A stretch of 64,000 nucleotides of DNA from the NCBI GenBank assembly GCA_951813565.1, contig OX638351.1, positions 1,248,001-1,312,000 on the forward strand. The letters run 5' to 3'. The DNA comes from an uncultured Poribacteria bacterium. Its GTDB lineage: Bacteria; Poribacteria; WGA-4E; WGA-3G. Below the pieces are notes generated by a model. The model did no database searches. It was not told where the DNA came from and saw only the letters and a list, made by a program, of their open reading frames with translations. Of this stretch, positions 40,992 through 51,022 are shown in pieces (within the stretch, counting starts at the first letter, position 1; every line of letters starts with the position of its first letter). The position numbers were made by a program, and so were the translations under genes.

Positions 40992-42221
40992 ATGGATGAA
41001 TTGATTCAACAATTTTTGAAGTTTCTCAACGAAGAGGTTGTAACTTTAGATGCACCAGTAAAAGTCTGGCAAATTCTAATCTTTATTGGGATTTTAGCAG
41101 TGGCGTTAGCCATCGGAGAATTTTTACGTCGATGGTTCCGTCGCATTTTTGATCGGCTAAAGATACAGCAAAACAATGCAAACCGATTGCTTGCGATTCT
41201 TTTTCTTATTGTCATGGTTGTTGGGATTGCTGTTGCATTTAATGTCGCCCAAATTAGCACAGGACTTTTTGGCAGAGTTTTTAATTATCCACTTGCAGAT
41301 CTATTTCAATCTTCCCCAAAACCGGCTGAAAATGTAACAAGGATTTCTTCTTTATTCCCAACATTTTTTGGCCAAAAACCTGCTGTAGTTGATGACGGGA
41401 CCCGTAGATTAACTTTAGCAGGACTTTTTTATGGTTTCGCTATTATCTTCGGTATGTTTGTTCTGTCTAAGTACGCGCAGTTGGGGCTGCAGCGGCAAGT
41501 GTTACGAGCCTTTCAAATTGAGAGGCACACACAGTTCATCATTCTCCGCTTTTTTCACTTCATCCTTATTACTATCGGTGTTCTTATCAGTCTCAATACC
41601 TTGGGAATTAGTTTCACGAGTTTAGCGATAATTTTCGGTGGGTTGAGTATCGGTATCGGTTTCGGTTTACAGAACATCGTATCGAATCTGATTTCAGGAT
41701 TTATTCTAATTTTTGAACGACCTATCAAAATTGGGGATTTGGTGGAGATTATTGACATTAATATATTCGGTAGGGTGAGTAGCATCAATCTTCGTTCAAC
41801 GATTATTATGGCACTTGATGAAAAGGAAATCATTGTTCCAAATTCGCAACTAATTACGGAACCGGTTCATAATCTCACCCATTATAACAATCGCTTTCGG
41901 GTTCGCGTTCAGGTGGGCGTGGCGTATGGTTCAGACGTTGAACTTGTTAAAAACGCATTGATTGAGGTGGCAAATGCTCATCCTGAAGTAATTAAAGAAC
42001 CGACACCTAAAATGGAGAACGTTACTGTGCCGTTTGTCCGGTTTACTAATTTTGGTGAGTCATCCTTAGATTTTGAATTGTTAGCGTGGATCCCAGATTC
42101 TTTTAAACGTTTTGATGTTGCAAGCGACCTTCATTTTTTGGTTTGGGAAAAGTTTAAGGAATATCATATCAAAATCCCATTCCCACAACGGGATGTGCAT
42201 TTTTATTCGGAAGAACGATAG
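40992..42221 (+). CDS. mscS: Small-conductance mechanosensitive channel
   Basis: GIGFGLQNIVSN, ERPIKIGD, IIVPNS, VAYGSD, IPFPQRDVH. Confidence 0.9.
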   Translation: MDELIQQFLKFLNEEVVTLDAPVKVWQILIFIGILAVALAIGEFLRRWFRRIFDRLKIQQNNANRLLAILFLIVMVVGIAVAFNVAQISTGLFGRVFNYPLADLFQSSPKPAENVTRISSLFPTFFGQKPAVVDDGTRRLTLAGLFYGFAIIFGMFVLSKYAQLGLQRQVLRAFQIERHTQFIILRFFHFILITIGVLISLNTLGISFTSLAIIFGGLSIGIGFGLQNIVSNLISGFILIFERPIKIGDLVEIIDINIFGRVSSINLRSTIIMALDEKEIIVPNSQLITEPVHNLTHYNNRFRVRVQVGVAYGSDVELVKNALIEVANAHPEVIKEPTPKMENVTVPFVRFTNFGESSLDFELLAWIPDSFKRFDVASDLHFLVWEKFKEYHIKIPFPQRDVHFYSEER

Positions 42222-42248
42222 GAAATAATTTGGAAATAGTGATCACTG

Positions 42249-42923
42249 CTATTCTATTGTGATGTCTGATGTCTGATGTCGGATGACCTCCCCTTTGACG
42301 AGGTAATATACCTCCTCGCCAATATTTGCTGCAAGGTCTCCAACCCGCTCCAGATGTCGGAAAAGAAGCAAAACGCTGATACCAGACTGGATGAGTTGCG
42401 GTTGGTCGGCTAAAATAGAACAAAGTTCGTGCACCATCTGTTCATAGGCAGTATTAACTTTTTTATCGCGTTCGCGTAGTTCTCTTGCGAGTTCAGCGTT
42501 CCTATGGACAAGTGCATCAAGGGCGTCTTTGACCATCTGTTGAATGAGACGGGTTACCGAAGGAAGATCAACAAAGGTTTGCATTGGGGGATGCTCTAAA
42601 AGTTCCATGCCACGTCTGGCAATAGAAACACATTTGTCAGCTAACCTTTCGATATTTCTGTTTACCTTCAGTGCCATAGTTAAGTAGCGTAATTCAAAAG
42701 CTACAGGTTGATGGCGGGCAATTAGTTGTATACATCTCGCTTCAATTTCATTTTCAAGTTTGTCAACTGTATCGTCAATTGTGATAACGCGTTGTGCCAA
42801 ATCCTCATCACGGTTTAGGACTGATTGAACAGCATCGCGCAACATGTTTTCTGCAATCCCGCCCATTTTAAGGAGTTGGTGCTGAAGTGCTTTAAGTTCT
42901 GATTCAAGATAATGTTGCATCAC
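42249..42923 (-). CDS. phoU: Phosphate signalling protein PhoU
   Basis: IARHQPVAFELR, IERLADKC, LERVGDLAANIGE. Confidence 0.92.
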   Translation of the reverse strand: MMQHYLESELKALQHQLLKMGGIAENMLRDAVQSVLNRDEDLAQRVITIDDTVDKLENEIEARCIQLIARHQPVAFELRYLTMALKVNRNIERLADKCVSIARRGMELLEHPPMQTFVDLPSVTRLIQQMVKDALDALVHRNAELARELRERDKKVNTAYEQMVHELCSILADQPQLIQSGISVLLLFRHLERVGDLAANIGEEVYYLVKGEVIRHQTSDITIE

Positions 42924-42944
42924 TGTCTCCTTACATGTTTTGGA

Positions 42945-43715
42945 TTAACCTACTCTACCAGCCACATAGTTTTCTGTTCGCTTGTCTTTCGGGTTTGTAA
43001 AAATCTGTTCAGTTTGTCCAAATTCAATTAATTCGCCATTATATAGGAATCCTGCTATATCTGACACACGTGCGGCTTGCCGTCTTTTGTTGGTAACAAA
43101 GATAAGAGTATAACGGCTTTTGAGACCCTGAACAATCGCTTCCAGTTTAGGTGTTTCAGCTGCATCCAGCTGTTCACACGGTTCGTCAAATATCAGAATT
43201 TCTGGAGCACCTGCTAATGCGCGTGCGATGCAGAGACGTTGTTGTTGACCGTTTGATAGGATCTCTGGAGAAGCATGAAGGTCTTTATATACTTCATTCC
43301 AAAGTTGTGCCTTTCTAAGATTCTCTTCAACGATAGTATCAAGCTGATCGGACTGTTTTATCTCGCGGAGTCGGGCACTATATGCAACATTTTCGTAGAT
43401 GGATTTGCGGAACGGAATAGGTTTTTGGAAAACCATACCTATTTGCCGTGAAATTTTAGTTGTTTTTGTCTTCGGTGTATAAAGGTCATTACCTTTATAC
43501 AGTATCTTTCCAGTATGTCTGAAGTTTACAGAGAGATCATTTAATCGGTTTAAGCAACGCACCAGCGTGGTTTTACCGCTATTTGACGGACCAATAAAAG
43601 CTGTTACCTGCCTGGGTAACACATCAAAAGCGAGGTTTTTGAGTATCTGACTTTTGCCGTACCAAACATTTAAATCGCGTATTTGCAAGATAGGAACCGT
43701 TTTTTGTAATTGCAT
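42945..43715 (-). CDS. pstB: PstB-like ATPase, degenerate motifs
   Basis: GPSNSGKTT, GMVFQKP, LSNGQQQ, DEPCEQLD, VTN in place of VTH, YVAGRVG. Confidence 0.85.
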   Translation of the reverse strand: MQLQKTVPILQIRDLNVWYGKSQILKNLAFDVLPRQVTAFIGPSNSGKTTLVRCLNRLNDLSVNFRHTGKILYKGNDLYTPKTKTTKISRQIGMVFQKPIPFRKSIYENVAYSARLREIKQSDQLDTIVEENLRKAQLWNEVYKDLHASPEILSNGQQQRLCIARALAGAPEILIFDEPCEQLDAAETPKLEAIVQGLKSRYTLIFVTNKRRQAARVSDIAGFLYNGELIEFGQTEQIFTNPKDKRTENYVAGRVG

Positions 43716-43901
43716 GCTTTTTAATTCTTATTTTGAAATTCTTTCTATAGCGAATTTTACAATTACTTGGACATTTGCTGGCGAGGTTGGAAAACCTCGC
43801 CTACCGGGGTGAAAATGTTTATTTATCGTAAACAGATATTTGCTTGAACATTGCCAACGGCGCGCCTACATGTGAGTGTTAACATATTTGTATATTTCAG
43901 T

Positions 43902-44663
43902 TTAAATTTGTTTCTTTTTCAGCAAACTTGCGAGAACGCTGGATAACAGTGCCGACGATAGAAGTACAATCGCACTACTTGGAATATTGAAAGTCTCTCC
44001 TGAACGTAGGGTATGTCTTGTCCATATATAAACTACAATGATTAGCGCAGCAATTGCGAGTGCCCGCGAAATCGCAGCACAGATTCCAACGACGATTGCT
44101 GGAAAAGCGTCTGGAAAAACATGGTCAACTATCACTCGCCATCTTTTTGCACCTAATGCATAAGCTGCTTCGCGAACAGATATATCAACGTCTCTAATAG
44201 CCTTTTGCGTTGACTGAACGGTAATTGGCACTACAAGTAAAGCAAAAGTTATTGCATGTGCAAAAACCGATCCTTTTTCTGTCTTAAAAACGAAAAAGTA
44301 AATACCTAATAGCCCATATATTAGGGACGGAATGCCTGCCAAAATTGCTATTTGCTGCGCTATAATTCGGTATTTCCAACTTGTTTCTGCCATCCACTCT
44401 TCTAAATAAAATGCAATTACAACGCTGAATAATATGGATCCGAACAGAACAGGGAGCATACGATAAAGTTTATCATGCAAATCCGAATGTGGCTCTGTAG
44501 TAATTTCATTGGATATCAGTTCGTTCCACACAAACGGTGTTTTTTCACTAAAAATCCAAAAAAGTATGAATGCAACAGCCAGTGTGATTAAGGCGATGCC
44601 CTGAAAAATCAGTCCCGACAAATGCCACACGCGCATTTGGCGTTGATTCGGCCTTTTCATCAT
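43902..44663 (-). CDS. pstA: PstA-like permease (divergent)
   Basis: FYLEEW, LAGIPSLIYGLLG, VREAAYALGAKRW. Confidence 0.75.
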   Translation of the reverse strand: MMKRPNQRQMRVWHLSGLIFQGIALITLAVAFILFWIFSEKTPFVWNELISNEITTEPHSDLHDKLYRMLPVLFGSILFSVVIAFYLEEWMAETSWKYRIIAQQIAILAGIPSLIYGLLGIYFFVFKTEKGSVFAHAITFALLVVPITVQSTQKAIRDVDISVREAAYALGAKRWRVIVDHVFPDAFPAIVVGICAAISRALAIAALIIVVYIWTRHTLRSGETFNIPSSAIVLLSSALLSSVLASLLKKKQI

Positions 44664-44759
44664 ATTAACATTCCACTAAAAGAAATGCGTTTCACCGGAC
44701 AGGCGTATGTTAAAAACCTTTTGACGTTACAAACTTTGAAAATACATGTGCATTTTAAC

Positions 44760-45533
44760 CTATCCGTACCGCATCTGCACATAATCCGCTGTTTTTGGGT
44801 GTTCAGGAGTTTCAAACAGTGCTTGTGTTTCCCTGTGTTCAATAAGTTCTCCGAGGAACATGTAAATACACTCAGTGCTGACCCTGCGTGCCTGCGCCAT
44901 ATTATGTGTTACGATTAAAAACGTATAAGTGCCAGAGAGAACTGACATTAGTTCCTCTACAGCGAGTGTTCCTTTTGCATCAAGGGCAGAGCACGGTTCA
45001 TCCATCAAGATGATCTGCGGTTTGAGTGGCAACAGTCGCGCAATACAGAGTTTCTGTTGCTGCTCAAGTTGCAATGATGTCGCTCGTGTCTTCAGTTTAT
45101 CTTTCAAATCGTCCCATAGAAATACAGATGTGAGTGCTTCTTCAACAATTTCATCGGATTGTGAGCGCGTCAAACTTCCAAATGGAGAATGAATGCGCAA
45201 ACCGAATAGAATATTATCGTAAACTGAAATAGGCAATGGGTTCGGACGTTGGAATACCATGCCCACTGTTTTTCGCAATTCTAATAGAGAGACATCGGGA
45301 TCATAGATATTTTTCCCTAATATTTTTATCTCACCTTTTGTCGTAACGTTACCGTATCGTTCATTTACTCGGTTAAAGCAGCGGAGTAGTGTTGTCTTTC
45401 CACATCCAGAAGGACCGATAAGTGATGTAATTTTACCTGCTGGAATTTTCACACTTACATCAATGAGTGCTTGAAAATCGCCGTACCAAAGACTAAGATT
45501 TTCGGTTTCAATGCTGTGGTTATTCGTTTCCAA
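44760..45533 (-). CDS. pstB: PstB ATPase with degenerate ABC signature
   Basis: GPSGCGKTT, LQLEQQQ, DEPCSALD, VTHN. Confidence 0.88.
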   Translation of the reverse strand: METNNHSIETENLSLWYGDFQALIDVSVKIPAGKITSLIGPSGCGKTTLLRCFNRVNERYGNVTTKGEIKILGKNIYDPDVSLLELRKTVGMVFQRPNPLPISVYDNILFGLRIHSPFGSLTRSQSDEIVEEALTSVFLWDDLKDKLKTRATSLQLEQQQKLCIARLLPLKPQIILMDEPCSALDAKGTLAVEELMSVLSGTYTFLIVTHNMAQARRVSTECIYMFLGELIEHRETQALFETPEHPKTADYVQMRYG

Positions 45534-45554
45534 GTGAGATACTCCTCTCTGCTG

Positions 45555-46310
45555 CTATCCGAAGTTCCCATTTACATAATCATAAGTGGATTGACTTGCA
45601 GGATTGTCAGAAAAAATTACATTAGTGTCATCGATTTCTATTAAATCTCCGTTCAGCATAAAGGCTGTGCGGTTCGCCAACCGTTTTGCTTGCTGAACCA
45701 AATTTGTGACGAGTAAAATTGTCATCTCATCTTTTAGTGTTTTGAGAACATCTTCAATACGCATCGTAGTTATTGGATCAACTGCGATAGAGAATTCATC
45801 AAGACACAATATTTCTGGCTGATGTGATAACGCCCTCGCGATTGTCAATCGCTGTTGCTGTCCGCCTGAAAGTTTCGTGCCAAGACTATCCAATCGGTCT
45901 TTCACTTCATCCCATAGCGCTGCTTGTTGAAGACACCGCTCAACAATTTCATCTAAATCTGCTTTATTGCGAAGTCCGGCGGTCCTTGGGGCAAAGGCAA
46001 CGTTGTCATAAATAGACAATGGTAATCCGACTGGCAACGGCAGGACCATCCCAATACGTCTGCGTAAGTCTTGCACATCACCAATTGAATAGATGTCAAC
46101 CCCGTCAAGTTTCACTGAACCTTCCACGTTTGTATCTTGGGCAAATTCCAACGTTCGATTGATGACTTTTAACAAAGTCGTTTTACCCGACTGTGCAGGA
46201 CCGATGATGCCGAGTATTTCGTTTTCGTGGACATCAAAGGAAATGCCGTTTAGTGCAGGTTTGTCTCCATAATAAACCTTCAGGTCGGAAATCTCAATTT
46301 TGTTTTGCAC
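45555..46310 (-). CDS. pstB: PstB ATPase with intact signature and degenerate H-loop
   Basis: GPAQSGKTT, LSGGQQQ, DEFSIAVD, VTNL. Confidence 0.88.
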   Translation of the reverse strand: MQNKIEISDLKVYYGDKPALNGISFDVHENEILGIIGPAQSGKTTLLKVINRTLEFAQDTNVEGSVKLDGVDIYSIGDVQDLRRRIGMVLPLPVGLPLSIYDNVAFAPRTAGLRNKADLDEIVERCLQQAALWDEVKDRLDSLGTKLSGGQQQRLTIARALSHQPEILCLDEFSIAVDPITTMRIEDVLKTLKDEMTILLVTNLVQQAKRLANRTAFMLNGDLIEIDDTNVIFSDNPASQSTYDYVNGNFG

Positions 46311-46455
46311 GTTTGCCTCGCTTCTCTAACTTTTCGGGATTTTTACCTGTATTTTCTTAATAACTAAAGTTTGGACAATTTTTACGTATTTTATTTCCAA
46401 AAAGCAGAAAAGCAGGTATCCTTTCAGAAACAACACTTTTTGAAAGGAATGTAAA

Positions 46456-47060
46456 ATGGACCTCCTTCTCTGCTTAGAAAAAATACTATCAGATTTTCGT
46501 CCTTTATTCAACCAAGAAAACTTGCGCTTTTCCAAGCGTTTATTTTCGGTTTTATCGCAAATGGCGGTAGTGGCACACTCACAAGTCTTTATCAATCAAG
46601 TTGTTCACAAACAAGGTATTGGTCCTTTGCTAAGTTCCTATCGCGTGGCAAATGGGATGCGGATGGGGTCGTAGCACTTATGATAAAACAACTTCAAAAC
46701 ATATTTGCGATCTGGGTTTATGTTTATGATGAAACTAAAGGAATAAAAAGCGGTAAATCACAATGGGGATTACACTTTTTTCGGAACTTCAGTTTCCAAC
46801 GGCGTCGTATCAACCAATCCAAGTATCAGTTCGGCGCACTCGCTCTGTTATGTCAGACAGCAACAGGGTGGATGCTTTTCCCTGTATGGGTAAAACTGAT
46901 GTGCCTGCAGAAACGCCGAGACAAAAGTAATGCGGTATTGCAGCGTATCTGTTCAAAATCTAATGCTGTGTTTTACCATTTACCCAAAATACCTAAGCAT
47001 CGCAAACCTGGGAGACCCAAGAAATACGGTGACCGTCTTGATATTCGAAGATTACGATAC
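46456..47060 (+). pseudogene. Fragmented IS701/IS4-like transposase
   Basis: YVYDETKGIKSG, FPVWVKL, PGRPKKYGDRL across broken frames. Confidence 0.6.
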
Positions 47061-47299
47061 GACTTGTGCCAGTTACGTATCAGTTTTGTTGTTTTTCACA
47101 ACTGTTCATATTCTGGAATCAACGTCAAATACGCTTTTGGCATTTGGCGGGAGCGATTTCCGAATCGCGACCCGTTTGTCGTCGGGAATCGGAGTTCCTC
47201 CTACCTTAAGGCTGTCAGGTATCGGAAAAGTTTCGGAATCCAAACCCAAACGAGGCGAACATGTGAGATATAAACATACCAAATGTTAACTGGCACAAC

Positions 47300-47456
47300 A
47301 TCGGACAGGAGAGACATCTTTTCCAAGCACCGTACCCCCGCATCCAGTGCAACTTGTTCTCTATTGACCAATGTCCACGCCGTCCAGCAAGTAAGCGTTC
47401 GGCAGATGCTGCTTCGGGATTTAGACTTGTTATACCATAATCTAATGGAGTGTCTA
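47300..47456 (-). pseudogene. ISAs1-family transposase fragment
   Basis: YGITSL...RRGHWSIENKLHWMR signature. Confidence 0.8.
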
Positions 47457-47884
47457 CCGAAATTTTGCGGGTAAAGGTCGCGATTCGGAGATCGCTCCTA
47501 CAGAACACCCCTCTTTGTAGTCGGGAACTCCGATTCCCGACTACTGACACGAATCGCAATTTTAGTGTAGACAGAACACTAAGTTGCTACGGACAAGATT
47601 TTAGACATGTCAACACCGTTTTTATAGTAAATTATGTAAATAAGTTCACATATATTCTGTAGGAGCGATCTCCGAATCGCGACGAAACCACTAATAGTCG
47701 GGAATCGGAGTTCCCTCGGACAGCTCAGATGTCCAGTTAATTGTAGAATCCGCTATAATACAAAATAGTTCATTTTTTTCGAAATTTCGTAGCGCAAACT
47801 GTATGAAGATTGTGCTACATAGGTGGCAACTTAGGTTATTTTATCAAAAAATAGGTTTTAAGTCAATGATTGATTGCAGTGGAT

Positions 47885-48070
47885 CAGAGGCATTCAATTG
47901 TAGCGTTTTCTAATCCAAAAGTAAAAAATAGCGTTGCCAAAGGTTAAAAGAGGCGACGAATGCCATACACGCATTTGGCAATAAATTGCGTGACTATAAA
48001 CGCTTTTGTTGTTAAATCGAACGGACAAAGCCCTCGGACAAGAGTGCTTCGCGAAAATTGAATGCCTCTG
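47885..48070. mobile_element. Inverted, diverged copy of the 10554-10749 MITE
   Basis: cagaggcattcaatt / aattgaatgcctctg; internal homology; no TSD. Confidence 0.8.
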
Positions 48071-48164
48071 CCATATCATTTCTATGTTGACGTTTTAACT
48101 GGTATCTGATAAATTTGAGATGAGTGAATGCTATTCAAGTTTATTGAAATAAGAGATATAGCAG

Positions 48165-48875
48165 GTGAATACTGAAGTGAGTACATGTCTGATTGTTTTC
48201 GCTAAAAATCCGATCCCGAATCAGGTCAAAACTCGACTGCTTCCAAAAATATCTTCCGAACAAGCGGCATCGTTATATCGTGCTTTTCTCATGGATTGGT
48301 GTGAGACACTTGCGGAACTCTCAAACGTAGATTTGGTGGTAGCGTATACACCCCCTGGAAGTCAAAGCGATTTACAAGCCTTAATTGGAGAGGATGTTAT
48401 CTACATTCCGCAAACAGGCACAGACCTCGGAACACGTCTCACTTCAGGAACGTTATGGGCATCCGAAAACGGATATGAAAAGATTTTAATCGTTGGTTCC
48501 GACAGTCCAACACTGCCACTTTCATATATTCTTGAAGCGGTTGCCGGTCTCGACTCGCGCGATATTGTCGTCGGTCCAAGTGTGGATGGTGGTTATTACC
48601 TTATCGGTTTTTCCGCGAGATGTCTTGCAAGAACGGTTCCGTTTATTTTTGAGGAAATTGCATGGAGCACTACACATGTTTTTCAACAGACAATAGAACG
48701 TATTGATACCATAAAAGCTACACTCAAACTACTACCGCCTTGGTATGACGTAGATACGCCTGAAGATTTAGCATTTTTACATGCACATCTCTCTGCAATA
48801 CGACTTGCAGGAAATAAGGTGCAAGCAATTAGAACAGAAAGTTTGTTGTTAGAATTGTTAAAGGAGAATCTGTAA
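48165..48875 (+). CDS. DUF2064/TIGR04282-type glycosyltransferase-like protein
   Basis: FAKNP..VKTRL, QTGTDLGTR, VGSDSP, GPSVDGGYYLIG, DVDTPED. Confidence 0.88.
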   Translation: MNTEVSTCLIVFAKNPIPNQVKTRLLPKISSEQAASLYRAFLMDWCETLAELSNVDLVVAYTPPGSQSDLQALIGEDVIYIPQTGTDLGTRLTSGTLWASENGYEKILIVGSDSPTLPLSYILEAVAGLDSRDIVVGPSVDGGYYLIGFSARCLARTVPFIFEEIAWSTTHVFQQTIERIDTIKATLKLLPPWYDVDTPEDLAFLHAHLSAIRLAGNKVQAIRTESLLLELLKENL

Positions 48876-49606
48876 TGGGACAATTAGATGGAAAAGTTGC
48901 AATTGTAACTGGTGGCAACAGAGGAATTGGGAAAGGAATCGCGAAGGGATTTGCTTCGGAAGGGGCGAGTCTGACTATCGCTGCAAGGGATGAAGAACTA
49001 CTTACGCAAACAGCCAATGAATTACGCGAAAAGGGAGCTAAAGTCCTCGCCGTTCCTACTGATGTCACCGATGAGGAACAAATTAAGGCACTCTTTGAAA
49101 AAGCGATGACTGAATATGAACGTTTAGACATCCTTGTTAACAATGCTGGTGCATTTGATGGTGGTCCGATAGACGAACTTTCAACGGAAGCATGGGATAA
49201 GGTGATAGGTGTGAATCTCCGTGCACCGTTTCTCTGTTCGCGTGAAGCGATGCGAATTATGAAGGCACAAGGTGAAGGCGGACGTATTATCAACGTTGGT
49301 AGCATTTCTGCACATCGTGTCCGTCCCCGCAGCGCACCTTACAGTGCAAGCAAATTCGGGATATGGGGATTGACACAGGTAATAGCATTGGAAGGTAGAC
49401 CGCACGGTATTACGGCGAGCTGCTTGCAACCCGGCAACACTTATGTTGAACGGATTCAGAACCACCCATTCCCTCCGTCTGAGCCGATGATGGAGGTTGA
49501 CGAGCTTGCTAAAGCTGCTGTCCTCATGGCAACACTGCCACCTAATATCAATATGTTAGAGGCGACAGTTCTACCCGTAGGACAACTCTATATTGGGCGT
49601 GGCTAA
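48875..49606 (+). CDS. SDR family oxidoreductase
   Basis: TGGNRGIG, NNAG, YSASK. Confidence 0.93.
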   Translation: MGQLDGKVAIVTGGNRGIGKGIAKGFASEGASLTIAARDEELLTQTANELREKGAKVLAVPTDVTDEEQIKALFEKAMTEYERLDILVNNAGAFDGGPIDELSTEAWDKVIGVNLRAPFLCSREAMRIMKAQGEGGRIINVGSISAHRVRPRSAPYSASKFGIWGLTQVIALEGRPHGITASCLQPGNTYVERIQNHPFPPSEPMMEVDELAKAAVLMATLPPNINMLEATVLPVGQLYIGRG

Positions 49607-49634
49607 CGTTTAGCAACTAAAACGGCTTTGCTAA

Positions 49635-49748
49635 TACCAATTCTATAAATGAATTTCCCTTTTGAATTAGAATATAAGAGGCGCAATGAATTGCGCGACT
49701 ACGAACGGTCTATTTCTTAAAGGGTATGTTATTTTATAGAAATGGTAT
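49635..49748. mobile_element. Small MITE-like unit with an internal GTAG-type REP
   Basis: taccaattctataaa / tttatagaaatggta; gcgcaatgaattgcgc hairpin also at ~24264 and ~53072. Confidence 0.55.
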
Positions 49749-49781
49749 AATGCTCCGTTTAGACGCACATTGGAGAAAATC

Positions 49782-51005
49782 ATGAAGGTAAATCGAACCC
49801 AATTCATGGAAGAGGGGTATCTCGTTCTCCGAGAGGTGATTCCTCCTAACGAACTGGATGCGCTTCGGGAAAGTTACGAGTTGATGGTTTCACGACAGCG
49901 CGACATCTGGACGAAAGAACGGCAGCCAAACGATCCACCCGGAGGTGTGTGGGAAACTTCGGCACAACCACGTTTAAATCTCGGACGTGAACCGCTTGCT
50001 GGACTTGTAGACGAAAAAACAGCAAGTACAATCGAAATTTGGGCACACGAAAACATGCAAGACGTCAGTAGCAAACTGCTTAATGTGAATGACGCTGGTG
50101 TTACTGAAATGATGCTGATGTGTAATCCTGTAAATGATCGGGGAGCTGCTGCTTGGCACCGCGACCATCACCCGATTGATACAGCACCGCTACAAGGCTA
50201 TCTTGATGACATTCTGGAAACGGGTCCGCGCTACGTGCAGTGGAATCTTTCGCTTTACGACGATAGTGTGTTATGGGTTATACCGGGTAGCCACTTGCGA
50301 GTGAACACAGATGAGGAAAACCAACAATTGTTAGCGGATCCACGAGTGCCTTTGCGCAATGGAGTGCAAACACATCTTAATGCAGGTGACGGTGTAGCCT
50401 ATATTTTGCCAATCTTACACTGGGGGAGTAACTACAGCCAGAAGATGCGTCGCACGATACATGGTGGGTTCTCAAACTTCACACACTACCCGACCCTTGA
50501 TTACATGAAGTATTTATCACCACAGGTGCAGGAGATGTTTGATCGGTGGGAAAAGCGCAGTCAGCAGATGCAAATGTGGACTGAAAAGGCACTGCGCGCT
50601 GTTATTAAAAAAGATGCTACTGCCTATCACACAGCACTTGAAAAGTTACATCCGGATAGAGGTGAGAAAGGAAATTTGCTATCTACAGTCTTTTTATGTA
50701 AAGCTGCCTGTTTTGTTGCGCTGGCACACGGGTGTGAACTTGAAGATATTCCTGAAGACCTCCGCAACCGTGGAAAAGGATTTCATTCCATCACGCTAAA
50801 TTGGGGACCGCCTTTTGCTGAAGAACGTTTCACACCGGAAGAGGCGGTTGTTCTGTGGAAACGTTTCAAACCGCTGGACGCACTCCTTAAAACGGACGAA
50901 GAACATTTTTTGCCGGGTTTTCAATCGGGACCGATGCGGTACTATTTTAATGAGATGCCCTCGAATTTCGGCGTTGCAGATTTTATTGCGAGCTGGCAAG
51001 AGTAA
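49782..51005 (+). CDS. Phytanoyl-CoA dioxygenase (PhyH) family protein
   Basis: FMEEGYLV, WHRD, VIPGSH, LHWG. Confidence 0.85.
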   Translation: MKVNRTQFMEEGYLVLREVIPPNELDALRESYELMVSRQRDIWTKERQPNDPPGGVWETSAQPRLNLGREPLAGLVDEKTASTIEIWAHENMQDVSSKLLNVNDAGVTEMMLMCNPVNDRGAAAWHRDHHPIDTAPLQGYLDDILETGPRYVQWNLSLYDDSVLWVIPGSHLRVNTDEENQQLLADPRVPLRNGVQTHLNAGDGVAYILPILHWGSNYSQKMRRTIHGGFSNFTHYPTLDYMKYLSPQVQEMFDRWEKRSQQMQMWTEKALRAVIKKDATAYHTALEKLHPDRGEKGNLLSTVFLCKAACFVALAHGCELEDIPEDLRNRGKGFHSITLNWGPPFAEERFTPEEAVVLWKRFKPLDALLKTDEEHFLPGFQSGPMRYYFNEMPSNFGVADFIASWQE

Positions 51006-51022
51006 AAGTTACTCCTGCTTTG

